The position numbers and the translations under genes are program-made. A DNA stretch of 64,000 bases, taken from contig CAZSUC010000001.1 in assembly GCA_964610055.1 (NCBI GenBank), positions 287,994 through 351,993 of the forward strand, read 5' to 3'. Numbering within the stretch: the first letter of the stretch is position 1; every line of letters starts with the position of its first letter. This stretch comes from an uncultured Candidatus Saccharibacteria bacterium. Its GTDB lineage: Bacteria; Patescibacteriota; Andersenbacteria; UBA10190. The notes under the pieces were generated by a model, which was not told where the DNA came from, did not search any database, and saw nothing but the letters and a program-made list of their open reading frames with translations. Shown here in pieces: positions 8,541 through 18,649 of this stretch.

Positions 8541-9233
8541 CAATCCCCAAATTTTTCCTTGCTTGCGCGGCCGCAAAGCCATCGCCGCCGATTCAAATGT
8601 CGCGCCTGTCGTCATCACATCATCTACTAAGATGACAATTTTGCATGTCTTCGGTAGTAAGGCTACTTGCTCAAAAGCCGCCGTCACATTTTCTTCGCGC
8701 TCTGTTTTCTCTAATTGTGCTTGTGGTCTAGTATATTTTATTCGTTTCAAAGCATTCATCCATGGCACTCCGCTTGCTTCCGATAACGCTCGGACAATTT
8801 CTTCGCTCTGATTAAATCCGCGTACTTTTTGGCGGCGCTGATGCAAGGGGATCGGAATTAACACTGCTTCTGTCCGTAATTTTGGCAAACTATCTATCTG
8901 ACACAACGGCCACGCCAAAAGCTCAGCCAAAACTGGCGCGACCCCGCGCACACTCTTAAACTTCAGCCATTCAATTCCACGTCTTAACCATTCCGTGTTA
9001 TACGTCCCAAAACTTATCACTCCCGTTAAAACGGTTTCATTTCTGCATTCCCAACAAGTTAATCCTTGCGGATGTTTATGCTCGCATACAATACATTCGT
9101 TCAAACTTAAAGGCCGGGCATGGTGCCGACAATTCGCACATAAATAACTACCCTCCTTAAAACAGCGCATACATCTGGCCGGCGCTAAAGCTTCACTTAA
9201 TCCTGTCCAAATTTCTCTGACGGCTTCCCACAC
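8526..9233 (-). CDS. comFC: ComF family phosphoribosyltransferase-domain protein
   Basis: N-terminal four-Cys zinc ribbon (CxxC ... CxxC) and C-terminal PRTase motif VILVDDVMTTGATF. Confidence 0.8.
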   Translation of the reverse strand: MWEAVREIWTGLSEALAPARCMRCFKEGSYLCANCRHHARPLSLNECIVCEHKHPQGLTCWECRNETVLTGVISFGTYNTEWLRRGIEWLKFKSVRGVAPVLAELLAWPLCQIDSLPKLRTEAVLIPIPLHQRRQKVRGFNQSEEIVRALSEASGVPWMNALKRIKYTRPQAQLEKTEREENVTAAFEQVALLPKTCKIVILVDDVMTTGATFESAAMALRPRKQGKIWGLSVAR

Positions 9234-9235
9234 TG

Positions 9236-11788
9236 TTATTTTTTCGTTACCACTTGCACTCGTCCGCCTGTTTTACGTGCTAATACTGCTTGTCCGGCTG
9301 CAATTTCTTCGTTAATCACTGAACTCGCAATCGGATCTTCTAACATCTCCTGCACAATTCTTCGAATCGGTCGTGCGCCTTTTCCTTCTTTAACTGCTTG
9401 CGCGGCAATCTCTTCTCGTACTCCTCGGGAAACACTTAGCTTCAAGTTTTTACTTGCTAATCTCTTTTCTAAATCATGAATTTGTAAATCCGTAATACGT
9501 AGCAAGTCATTTTGGGTGAGCGGGGAGTAAACCACAATTTGATCAATCCGCCCAATCAATTCCGGTGCCATATGATCATGTAATTCTTTCATCACTGTTT
9601 CTTTCATTTCTGCGTATCGCTCTTCCGCTGCTTCTCGTGCCGCGCTCATCTCCGGCAAAGCAAATCCCATGCGCGCTTGTTGCGCTAACTGCGCCGAACC
9701 AATATTGCTCGTCATAATCACAATTGTATTCCGGAAATTCACTGTGCGTCCGTGTGCATCTGTTAACTGGCCTTCGTCTAAAATTTGCAGCAAAACATTT
9801 AATACATCTCGATGTGCTTTTTCAATTTCATCAAACAACACAATCGAATACGGTTGCCGCCGAATCGCTTCTGTTAATTTTCCGCCTTCGTCATATCCGA
9901 CATATCCTGCTGGCGCACCAATCAATCGTGACACCGCGTGTCCTTCCATAAATTCTGACATATCAACTCGCACTAACGCTTCCTCGTTCTCAAATACTTC
10001 TCTGGCTAACACTTTAGCTGTTTCTGTTTTACCTACTCCTGTCGGACCGAGAAAGATAAACGAACCTAGGGGACGATTAGGACTGGCAATTCCCGCTCGA
10101 CTACGTCGCACATATCGCGCAATCGCGCTGATTGCTTCTTCCTGGCCGACAATATGTTTGCGTAAAATGGTTTCCAAATTCGCCAATCTTTTTGATTCTG
10201 ATTTCAATAATCTAGTTACCGGAATACCAGTGCTCTCTGCAACAACGCGCGCAATATCTTCCGCAGTAATTTCCGGCCGCTTCTTATTTTCTTGTGCCGT
10301 CGCTTGCTTCGCTATTCGTGTAATCTCACCCGACAATTCATCTTCCTTTTTTTTGGCCTGCAACGCTTCTTCATAATTTTCTGCTTCAATCGCTTCCTCC
10401 TTTTTCGTCCGTAATTGATCCATCTGCATTTTCAGCGCATGCGCTTGTTTGGCTTCTTCTGTGCTGGCCACTTTTAATTGCAACGTCGCTGCCGCTTCAT
10501 CTAACAGGTCTAATGCCTTATCCGGCAAGAATCGATCGGGAATATATCGTACTCCCATTTCAACCGCTGCTTGAATCGCTTCATCCGTTACTGTTAGGCC
10601 ATGATGCGCTTCATAGGCTTCTCGTGCTCCTTCTAAAATCGCCAACGCTTCTTCCGGAGTTGGCTCTTTAACTTGAACCGGCTGAAATCGTCGCTCTAAG
10701 GCCGCATCTTTTTCCACGTGTTTTCTGTATTCATCTAAAGTGGTTGCTCCAATAATGCTCACATCTCCCCGCGCTAACACTGGCTTTAACATATTAGCAG
10801 CATCCATACTTCCACCCGCCGATCCTGCCCCCACTATAGTATGCAGTTCATCTATAAATAAGATTGCTTCTTTATTTTGCTCTAATTCACGCATTAACTC
10901 TTTAATCCGTTCTTCAAATTCTCCCCGAAAAGTTGTTCCGGCAATAATACTTGTCATGTCTAATGACAAAATCCGACGATTCTGTAATTTTGGCGGAACT
11001 TCTCCTCGGCTGATACGTTGCGCTAAACCAGTCACAATCGCAGTCTTACCTGTTCCTGGCTCGCCAATCAAAATCGGATTGTTCTTTGTTTTACGATTCA
11101 AAATACTCATCACACGCTCAATCTCTTTATTCCGTCCCACGACCGGATCAAATTTATTTTCTCGTGCTGCTTGCGTTAAATCTTGCGTAAAATATTCAAT
11201 CGCGGGATTTTTTTGTTGCATTGGACGTCCTGGTATCGCTGGCTCATGTCCTGCTCCTGCTGAAGGGGTTACCTTTCGTTCTGGCCCCGTCATTTCAGCT
11301 GGTGGCATTCCCGCCGGCATACCTAAAAAGTTGGATAAATCAGGAAAATGAGATGTGCTTTTCAATACAATTTGTACCTGCTGCAACAACGCCTTAACAT
11401 CCACCGGTGATTTTTCCAACATTTTATATGCCGTTGTATCTTTCATGCTCAAAATACCAAACAACACATGCTCAGTCCCAATATATCGATGATGGTATTG
11501 AAATGCAGTGCGTGCCCCTTTCTCAAATACAGCGCGTGCTTGTGGGGACAACTCTTCTTTCCAATCCGAAGCTTTTTCTTGCGCCTCTAATTCCGTTTGG
11601 ATAAATTCTGCTGTAAATCCAAACTTCTTTAAAATACTGTACGCCAACGAACCTGTTTCTTGCATCATGCCGTATAAAATATGTTCTGTGCCTATGCGGC
11701 GATGCTTCAGTTCCTGGCTAGTTTTTGCCGCTGTGGCTAAAACATTTTTTAATCGACTTGTTAATTTGTCTTGGATAGAATTATCCAT
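9236..11788 (-). CDS. clpC: ATP-dependent Clp protease ATP-binding subunit ClpC
   Basis: 850 aa. Duplicated Clp_N repeats, two AAA+ modules (GEPGTGKT and GPTGVGKT), a short middle/UVR-like coiled coil, and an MGF loop candidate for ClpP docking. The length and short M-domain favour ClpC over ClpB. Confidence 0.85.
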   Translation of the reverse strand: MDNSIQDKLTSRLKNVLATAAKTSQELKHRRIGTEHILYGMMQETGSLAYSILKKFGFTAEFIQTELEAQEKASDWKEELSPQARAVFEKGARTAFQYHHRYIGTEHVLFGILSMKDTTAYKMLEKSPVDVKALLQQVQIVLKSTSHFPDLSNFLGMPAGMPPAEMTGPERKVTPSAGAGHEPAIPGRPMQQKNPAIEYFTQDLTQAARENKFDPVVGRNKEIERVMSILNRKTKNNPILIGEPGTGKTAIVTGLAQRISRGEVPPKLQNRRILSLDMTSIIAGTTFRGEFEERIKELMRELEQNKEAILFIDELHTIVGAGSAGGSMDAANMLKPVLARGDVSIIGATTLDEYRKHVEKDAALERRFQPVQVKEPTPEEALAILEGAREAYEAHHGLTVTDEAIQAAVEMGVRYIPDRFLPDKALDLLDEAAATLQLKVASTEEAKQAHALKMQMDQLRTKKEEAIEAENYEEALQAKKKEDELSGEITRIAKQATAQENKKRPEITAEDIARVVAESTGIPVTRLLKSESKRLANLETILRKHIVGQEEAISAIARYVRRSRAGIASPNRPLGSFIFLGPTGVGKTETAKVLAREVFENEEALVRVDMSEFMEGHAVSRLIGAPAGYVGYDEGGKLTEAIRRQPYSIVLFDEIEKAHRDVLNVLLQILDEGQLTDAHGRTVNFRNTIVIMTSNIGSAQLAQQARMGFALPEMSAAREAAEERYAEMKETVMKELHDHMAPELIGRIDQIVVYSPLTQNDLLRITDLQIHDLEKRLASKNLKLSVSRGVREEIAAQAVKEGKGARPIRRIVQEMLEDPIASSVINEEIAAGQAVLARKTGGRVQVVTKK

Positions 11789-11847
11789 TTTGAAAACTTT
11801 TAATCATCAAGCTTAATAGTAGTATAACAATAATATCAAATTCGCTC

Positions 11848-12321
11848 ATGGTATTTCATCCTGACAATCAAATCAATCCATATTATGTCGCCCAGGACAT
11901 CCTTAGTCGTCGCGATCACTCCGAAGCTGAATTGCGCAAAAAAATGCAACGTAAAGGCTTTTCTGTGTCAGAAATCAACACCGTTATCATTCGCCTGAAA
12001 GCTAAACAGCTTATCAATGATGCCGAATTTGCCCATCGATATGTTCAATATACTTTAGCTAATAAAGCCGTTGGCCCTAAATGGCTCTCGTCTAAACTAC
12101 GCGCTAAACAAGTTAGCTCGGTTCATATCAACGCTGCTCTAGCTGCTGTTTTTTCTGAAAACGGAGAACTTAAATATGCCCGCGCCGCCGCTGCCGCTTG
12201 GAAACGTTCCCATTCCCAACATTCCGATGATCGCCAGCGTTTAGTCCGTTTTCTTGCTGCTCGCGGCTTTTCTTCCGATGTGATTTATCAAGCCACCGCC
12301 TCCGACGAGATTTCTCTTTAA
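11848..12321 (+). CDS. recX: Recombination regulator RecX
   Basis: 157 aa with the three-repeat helical RecX architecture and the conserved N-terminal spacing. Confidence 0.7.
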   Translation: MVFHPDNQINPYYVAQDILSRRDHSEAELRKKMQRKGFSVSEINTVIIRLKAKQLINDAEFAHRYVQYTLANKAVGPKWLSSKLRAKQVSSVHINAALAAVFSENGELKYARAAAAAWKRSHSQHSDDRQRLVRFLAARGFSSDVIYQATASDEISL

Positions 12322-13247
12322 GTTTGATTTCGCAATCTCTTCACCCTTTCCTCGATCGGCGGGTGAGTAGCTAACCATTTCGACCAATTATCTCCTTTAA
12401 ACGGATTGGCAATGTATAAATGAGAAGTTGCTCGGCCAGCCGTTTCTAACGGCACAGATTGCGAAATTTTTTCCAAAGCTCGCGCTAAACCTTCCGGATA
12501 TCTTGTTAGCATTACCCCTGATGCATCAGCTAAAAATTCTCGTTGTCGTGAAATCGCCAACTGAACCAACTTTGTCACAATCGGGGAGATAACTAACAAC
12601 ACCACTCCCACGACCGCTAAAATAGCGCCTAATTGTCCGTTATCATTCCGATCGTCTCGTCGTCCGCCACCCCAAAACGATGCTCGCAAAAACATGTCTG
12701 ACAAAATCGTGATAAAACCAACAAAGATCGCAACCATTGTCCCGAATAAAATATCGTAATTCCGTATGTGGCTTAATTCATGCGCCAAAACTCCCTCCAG
12801 TTCTGACCGGTCTAATCGATTTACTAATCCGCTTGTGACCGCGATTGAGGCATGTTCCGGATCTCGTCCGGTTGCAAATGCATTCAAAGCCGGGGAATCA
12901 ATCATATATATTTTAGGTTGTGCAATTCCGGCCGTAATACATAAATTTTCCACGATTCGATGTAATTCCGGCGCCATGTCTCGCGGTAATTCTTTAGCCC
13001 TGTTAGTTGCTAGTGCAATCTTATCGCCCGTGTAATATCCAATCAAACTGGTTGGAATTGCAAAGATAGCTGCTATCACCGGTAAAACAAAATCGCCTCG
13101 TACATACCAGGAATACAATCCCACTACACTAATTACAAAAACCAGAACCAACGCCATCATTACTCCTGAATTACGCTTATTCTCCGCGATTTGTTGATAC
13201 AAAGTCGGCATATTACCGAGCCTGCCTGATTTATTTACTGAAATCAA
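12318..13247 (-). CDS. htpX: Zinc metalloprotease HtpX (M48)
   Basis: HELSHIRNYD HExxH motif. N-terminal TM helices. Length 309 aa. Confidence 0.85.
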   Translation of the reverse strand: MISVNKSGRLGNMPTLYQQIAENKRNSGVMMALVLVFVISVVGLYSWYVRGDFVLPVIAAIFAIPTSLIGYYTGDKIALATNRAKELPRDMAPELHRIVENLCITAGIAQPKIYMIDSPALNAFATGRDPEHASIAVTSGLVNRLDRSELEGVLAHELSHIRNYDILFGTMVAIFVGFITILSDMFLRASFWGGGRRDDRNDNGQLGAILAVVGVVLLVISPIVTKLVQLAISRQREFLADASGVMLTRYPEGLARALEKISQSVPLETAGRATSHLYIANPFKGDNWSKWLATHPPIEERVKRLRNQT

Positions 13248-13815
13248 CCTTTGGTACCGCTCGAGCAGCCTCGTCGTTTAATTCAAAAAATTCTTGTGAT
13301 TTAAATTTGAATAAATTAGCTACCACGTTTGTTGGCGCTGATTGCACAACTGTATTAAAGTCACGCACGTTTCCGTTATAAAACCGGCGTGCCGCTTGAA
13401 TTTTATCTTCCGTATCGGACAATTCTCGCTGCAACTCTAAAAAGTTAGCGTTTGCTTTTAATTCCGGATAGTTTTCCGCGATCGCAAACAATGATTTTAA
13501 TGTATTTGTTAGCCCGACTTCAGCCTTTGCTTGCGCCTCCGGCGATTGTGCTCCTAAAGCCTTTGCACGCGCTTCTGTTACCGACTCAAACGCTTCGCGC
13601 TCGTGGGTAGCATAGCCTTTAACAGTATCCACTAAATTAGGTACCAGATTATGTCTTCGTTTTAATTGCACATCAATATCGCTCCAAGCCTCTTTAACTT
13701 GGTTTTGCTTTTTGACCAGTGTGTTATACGCCCACACACACCAAAAGGCCACCGCTAAGATTAATAACAATATAATTAATAAGAATGTATCCATATAACC
13801 ATGGTATAATAACAA
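13231..13815 (-). CDS. lemA: LemA family protein
   Basis: N-terminal TM helix then a conserved LemA core. Overlaps htpX by 17 nt in the usual LemA-HtpX arrangement. Confidence 0.75.
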   Translation of the reverse strand: MLLYHGYMDTFLLIILLLILAVAFWCVWAYNTLVKKQNQVKEAWSDIDVQLKRRHNLVPNLVDTVKGYATHEREAFESVTEARAKALGAQSPEAQAKAEVGLTNTLKSLFAIAENYPELKANANFLELQRELSDTEDKIQAARRFYNGNVRDFNTVVQSAPTNVVANLFKFKSQEFFELNDEAARAVPKVDFSK

Positions 13816-13836
13816 CTACTCTAATCACAAGCCTTT

Positions 13837-14961
13837 ATGAGTTTGTTTAGCTCCGCTAATTCCTTTCTTGGTCTTGACCTTGGCACATCTTCCGTGAAGG
13901 TTGTCGAGCTGGTTAATCGTCGCCAAAGAATCGAAGTTAGTACTTATGCTTCCGTTGATTTTACTCATCAGCTCATTGCGCCGACAGATTCAGCCCAAGC
14001 CGTCACTGAAGCCGCTGATGTTGTGAATCGCTTATTAGATGAAGCTGAAGTGTCTAGCGATATTGTTATTGCTGCCTTGCCTAGTAGTATCGTTTTTTCA
14101 ACTGTCATTAATTTACCGCCTGTGGCCGATGCTGACATGGATAATGCTGTCCGTTTTGCTGCGCGGGATATTGTGCCTGCCAATCTTGATGAAACCACGC
14201 TCACTTGGAGTCGTCTTGGCAGTGAACCGCATATGGAAGGGGAGCGGCCAGAAGCGTCTGTCAAATCTTCATCTCCTCCCGCTTCTCCTGCAGTTGACAA
14301 ATTGGCCGCTATGAACCAGCCAACTGTCCCGGTCTTTGTTACCGCGGCTCCTAAAAATGTTATTGAACGTTATACTGAAGTTATTACGAAAGCCCGGCTA
14401 ACCTTAGCGGCGCTTGAAGTTGAAACATTTCCCTTAGTTCGCTCCCTTTTTTCTACTCCTAACGATTCTGGTATGATCGTCGACATCGGTGATCAAGTCA
14501 CCACTTATCATATTATTGATACTGGCACTCCTCGTGTTTCTCACAGCGTTGATTACGGCGGACATGACATGACTGCCGCAGTAGCTCGTGACAGTCAATT
14601 GACTCCCGCCCAAGCAGAAGCAGAAAAAGTAAAATACGGACTTATGCCTACGGCACCGGAAAAATTAAAACTCCCTTTAATGAATTCTGCGCAACCGTTC
14701 ATCGATAAAGCGCAGCAATTATTAACTATTTATAGTCAGCGTTATCATCGCACTTTGAATAAAACAATTTTAATTGGTGGGGGAGCGAATTTAAAAAACT
14801 TAGCCGCTGTTTGGTCTAATCAAGTCAAACATAAAGTTTTTGTTGGCGATCCCTGGAAAGGCCTTTCATACCCTAATCAATTAGCTAATCGCATGCAGAC
14901 TTTAGGTCCAAACTATGCTGTGGCTGTTGGCCTTGCTCAGCGAGGGATCGGTAAAGTATAA
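13837..14961 (+). CDS. pilM: Type IV pilus assembly protein PilM
   Basis: Actin-like ATPase fold signature LGLDLGTSSVKVVEL at the N-terminus. Length 374 aa. First gene of pilMNO. Confidence 0.8.
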   Translation: MSLFSSANSFLGLDLGTSSVKVVELVNRRQRIEVSTYASVDFTHQLIAPTDSAQAVTEAADVVNRLLDEAEVSSDIVIAALPSSIVFSTVINLPPVADADMDNAVRFAARDIVPANLDETTLTWSRLGSEPHMEGERPEASVKSSSPPASPAVDKLAAMNQPTVPVFVTAAPKNVIERYTEVITKARLTLAALEVETFPLVRSLFSTPNDSGMIVDIGDQVTTYHIIDTGTPRVSHSVDYGGHDMTAAVARDSQLTPAQAEAEKVKYGLMPTAPEKLKLPLMNSAQPFIDKAQQLLTIYSQRYHRTLNKTILIGGGANLKNLAAVWSNQVKHKVFVGDPWKGLSYPNQLANRMQTLGPNYAVAVGLAQRGIGKV

Positions 14962-14985
14962 TTATGCTAATTAATTCCTTCTCTC

Positions 14986-15558
14986 ATGGCGCAGATTAAT
15001 CTGGCACCTCAAGTTCAGATAATGTTAGCCGCTAAACGGCGACGTCGTCGTTTGTATGTCTTGTCACTCAGTATTGTCATTATCATGTCAGTTGTTTGGG
15101 GAGGATTAAATTTTGTTAATCAAAAATATCTTAATCAAATATCTGACAAAGAAAAACAGCTCGCGACTCTGAAATCTGAATTAGCGATTATGTCTGCCGA
15201 TAATTCACGAATGAATTCATTTGAAGCTCGCTTAGCTGTATTGGATGATGTTTTGTCTGAGCGATACAGCTGGGATCCTTTCTTTAAGGAGTTAGAACGC
15301 CTCTTACCGGTTAGTGCTAGTCTAACTCGTTTAGATGCTGACTTAGATACTGATACTGTGACTGTATCAGGTAAAACATCACTGATTAACGATGTCAGCC
15401 AAACAATTGCCAGTCTGCAAAGCGAAACTAGTCATTCGACCTTATTCTCCAACGTTTCCCTCGTTTCGTCTGATCAATACACTGAAACTACTCCTACCGG
15501 TGAAGTCACGGCAATCGGTTATAACTTTAAGCTAGAACTTACTAAGTCATCTGACTAA
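14986..15558 (+). CDS. pilN: Type IV pilus assembly protein PilN
   Basis: Basic N-terminus, single TM helix, then coiled-coil periplasmic region. Position after pilM. Confidence 0.65.
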   Translation: MAQINLAPQVQIMLAAKRRRRRLYVLSLSIVIIMSVVWGGLNFVNQKYLNQISDKEKQLATLKSELAIMSADNSRMNSFEARLAVLDDVLSERYSWDPFFKELERLLPVSASLTRLDADLDTDTVTVSGKTSLINDVSQTIASLQSETSHSTLFSNVSLVSSDQYTETTPTGEVTAIGYNFKLELTKSSD

Positions 15559-15560
15559 TT

Positions 15561-16163
15561 ATGCCTTCTGATACATCTTTAAACCTTCCTTATCTAATTG
15601 TTTCTATCGCCGTCATTAGTGCTGTCTTGTTTGCTATCCTGGTTAATACTCCGCAAGTTCAAGGTATCCTGGATAATCGCACTCAAGCTGATCAGCTTGA
15701 TCAAGATATTGCCGGTGTCTCTCTGGAGATCTCGCAAATTGATGAAAAACTTGCTCAATTCAACCAGCTCAAAACCTACGAAGATCAAATGGATATTGTT
15801 TTACCGGTTGACGATCAAGAAGCCGATATCTTGCATATTCTTGATTCCGCTGCTTCTAACACCGGCATTACGCTTAGTAAAGTAAACAATCACACCACTA
15901 ACTATCGTCAAAAGCAGCGCGCTGAAGACAAGCGTAGTATTTCTACTGGACTGCCAGACGGAATAACATTTGTGACCTATTCTTTAGAGCTGCATGGTGG
16001 ATATGATCAAATTCGTTCATTTATTGCTGAAATTGAAAAATCTCCGCGGCTAGCAGAGATTAATAGTGTCTCTTTGAGTCGAGACGAGCAAAATTCTGAT
16101 CAGCTTTATGCGGCTATGAATCTTTATCTTTATACCTTTGATTCATCACTCCATGCCAGCTAA
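15561..16163 (+). CDS. pilO: Type IV pilus assembly protein PilO
   Basis: Single N-terminal TM helix plus coiled coil. Position after pilN. Confidence 0.6.
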   Translation: MPSDTSLNLPYLIVSIAVISAVLFAILVNTPQVQGILDNRTQADQLDQDIAGVSLEISQIDEKLAQFNQLKTYEDQMDIVLPVDDQEADILHILDSAASNTGITLSKVNNHTTNYRQKQRAEDKRSISTGLPDGITFVTYSLELHGGYDQIRSFIAEIEKSPRLAEINSVSLSRDEQNSDQLYAAMNLYLYTFDSSLHAS

Positions 16164-16428
16164 TAACAACAATCGAGTCATTGTTATTCTTGTCGGTGTT
16201 TTATTCGCTGTCGTTTCTGCCGCCGCCGCTTTGTATTTTTTGTTACCATCTAATTCTCAAACAGGATCAAACAACGTTACTTCAACTACCGCCACTCCTA
16301 CCGTTGGCTTTGACATATCCGTTTTTCAAAAACAAACTTACCAACAATTAAACCGGCAGCTCATGCAAGCCGGCACTTTGCCTGTTCAGCCACCAACCAC
16401 CGCCGGCAAGGCTAATCCATTCCTTTAA
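16153..16428 (+). CDS. Small single-pass membrane protein in the pilus locus (possible PilP-like or accessory subunit)
   Basis: ATG at 16153 (MPANNNNRV...), one TM helix, then a T/P-rich tail. Wedged between pilO and pilB. Confidence 0.45.
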   Translation: MPANNNNRVIVILVGVLFAVVSAAAALYFLLPSNSQTGSNNVTSTTATPTVGFDISVFQKQTYQQLNRQLMQAGTLPVQPPTTAGKANPFL

Positions 16429-16435
16429 TCGATTC

Positions 16436-18184
16436 GTGTCCGACCATCAGGATAAAATTGAACAGATGCTGATTGACCGGGGGCTGGTCAAGCCAGCTCA
16501 AATTGAACGCATTCATCAACGCATGTCTCAAGAGAATCGTTCTTTTACCGATATTTTGCACGAAGAAAAAATTGTTTATCCGGAACAGCTCGCTCAAGTT
16601 CAAGCCGAAATTATCGGCCTTCCGTATATTGACCTCGGCAATACTGTTGTCAAAGAAAGCGCTATGCGTGATATTTCGCGCCAAGCCGCCGCCACTTATC
16701 GTTTTTACGCTTTTGATGAAAAAGACCGCAAACTTTTAGTTGCGATGGCAATGCCTGATGATTTTCAAGCTTTAGAAGCCATTAAATTCATTGCCAAACG
16801 TCGTGGCTTAGTTCCAGAAATTTATGTTGCCTCTAAAGAAGCAATTGATGCTCGCATTGGCGGAGCTGCTGAAGTTCAGGCTGAGATTGGCAGTGCTTTG
16901 CGTGATTTCAGTCAAGAAGTTGCTCAGGCTGTTGATATCGGTCAAAAACCTGAACAGGAGATTGAAAAATTTGTCGAAGAAGCTCCTGTCACCAAAGTAG
17001 TAGCTGTCATTATTCGCCACGCTATCGAAGGTAACGCTTCTGATATTCACATTGAACCTACCGAAAAAGATTTGCGCGTTCGTTATCGCGTTGATGGACA
17101 ACTTCACACCTCACTCTTGCTGCCTAAGCGCGTTCATCCCGCCGTGATTTCTCGGATTAAAATTTTATCCAGCTTGAAAATTGATGAATCACGCTTACCG
17201 CAAGATGGTCGTTTTTCCATTAGTTCAGACAATCGTGCTTTTGATTTTCGCGTATCTAGCATTCCTACTATCTACGGTGAAAAGATCGCTCTTCGTATCT
17301 TAGATAAGACTAAAGGCGCTCCTTCATTTGATGAGCTTGGTTTAACTGGTTCACAAAAGAAAGTCTTTTTACAGCACATTCGTGCGCCTCACGGAATTAT
17401 TTTAATCTCTGGTCCAACTGGCGCCGGTAAATCCACCACTCTTTTCACTACCCTGACAACTATCAATAACGAAAATGTTAACATTTCTACTCTTGAAGAT
17501 CCTGTTGAATATGAAATTACCGGTATTAATCAAACTCAGATTCAACCTGATATCGGCTTAACCTTTGCCTCTGGTTTACGTAATCTTTTACGCCAAGATC
17601 CCGACATTCTTATGGTTGGTGAAATTCGCGACAAAGATACTGCTAATCTTTCTATCCAATCCTCTCTGACTGGGCATCTCGTTCTTTCCACTATTCACAC
17701 TAACGATGCTATCGGTGCCATCCCGCGCTTAATTGATATGGGAATTGATCCGTATTTAATTACCGCCACTGTTCGTTTGGTTGCTGCCCAGCGTTTAGTT
17801 AATCGTCTTTGTCCAGAATGTAAAACAGAAAACCCATTGCCTCCTAATTTAGCCGAGCAAATTCGATCCGAAATAGCAGCTATTCCTGATGAATACAAAC
17901 AAACTGATAATCAGCGTAATCCGCAAGTCTTGTATTCCGCTCCCGGCTGTCCGTCTTGTCACGAAAGCGGACGTACTGGTCGCGTCGCTATCTTTGAAGT
18001 CATTCCTCTTTCTCGGTCTATGCGCGATGCTATTAACACTAATACTGACTATGATAAACTAAATGATATTGCCCGAGCCGAAAAGAACTTGACTATGCGT
18101 CAAGACGGACTCTTGAAAGCTTTAGCCGGCATGGTGCAATATGAAGATGTGATCCGAGTTACTAGTGAATCTCAATCCTTCTAA
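16436..18184 (+). CDS. pilB: Type IV pilus assembly ATPase PilB (GspE family)
   Basis: GTG start. N-terminal T2SSE_N-like domain. Walker A GPTGAGKST. C-terminal tetracysteine motif (CPECK...CPSCH). Confidence 0.9.
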   Translation: MSDHQDKIEQMLIDRGLVKPAQIERIHQRMSQENRSFTDILHEEKIVYPEQLAQVQAEIIGLPYIDLGNTVVKESAMRDISRQAAATYRFYAFDEKDRKLLVAMAMPDDFQALEAIKFIAKRRGLVPEIYVASKEAIDARIGGAAEVQAEIGSALRDFSQEVAQAVDIGQKPEQEIEKFVEEAPVTKVVAVIIRHAIEGNASDIHIEPTEKDLRVRYRVDGQLHTSLLLPKRVHPAVISRIKILSSLKIDESRLPQDGRFSISSDNRAFDFRVSSIPTIYGEKIALRILDKTKGAPSFDELGLTGSQKKVFLQHIRAPHGIILISGPTGAGKSTTLFTTLTTINNENVNISTLEDPVEYEITGINQTQIQPDIGLTFASGLRNLLRQDPDILMVGEIRDKDTANLSIQSSLTGHLVLSTIHTNDAIGAIPRLIDMGIDPYLITATVRLVAAQRLVNRLCPECKTENPLPPNLAEQIRSEIAAIPDEYKQTDNQRNPQVLYSAPGCPSCHESGRTGRVAIFEVIPLSRSMRDAINTNTDYDKLNDIARAEKNLTMRQDGLLKALAGMVQYEDVIRVTSESQSF

Positions 18185-18206
18185 TGCTTATTGGAAACTT
18201 AATCTT

Positions 18207-18593
18207 ATGTCAGACGCCAAATATAACATAGTGTTAGTCGAAGATGATTCTTTCATCTCCGGCATGTATTTTACTAAATTAAGTAGCCTCGGGCACAAAG
18301 TAGAAGTTATCGAAGACGGAGAAGCCGCCTGGGATCGCTTACAAGCTGACCCAGTCCCTGATCTGGTTCTCTTAGATGTTGTCCTACCTAAAAAAGATGG
18401 TTTTGAAATCCTGTCTGACATTCGTAAAAATGACAAAACTAAAGATTTACCCGTTATCCTTTTAACAAATCTCGGACAAAAACCGGATGTTGAGCGTGGT
18501 CTTCAATTAGGCGCTAATGATTATGTGATCAAGGCTCACTTTACCCCGACCGAAGTAGTAGAAAAGATCACCAAAATCCTCGAGAAAAAGTAA
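18207..18593 (+). CDS. Stand-alone CheY-like response regulator receiver (PilH/PilG-like)
   Basis: Acidic pair VEDD, phospho-acceptor Asp in LLDVVLP, conserved T (LLTNLG) and K (VIKA). 128 aa with no output domain. Confidence 0.85.
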   Translation: MSDAKYNIVLVEDDSFISGMYFTKLSSLGHKVEVIEDGEAAWDRLQADPVPDLVLLDVVLPKKDGFEILSDIRKNDKTKDLPVILLTNLGQKPDVERGLQLGANDYVIKAHFTPTEVVEKITKILEKK

Positions 18594-18649
18594 TTTGTTT
18601 GCACATATACGCATAGCTTGCTCTCGAGTGCCTATGCTATACTACGCAC

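Noticed and set aside
9669-11816. Several 65-235 aa plus-strand ORFs inside clpC
   Set aside because: They are antisense to a well-supported 850-aa ClpC gene, and their composition is low-complexity S/P/C-rich. Shadow ORFs.
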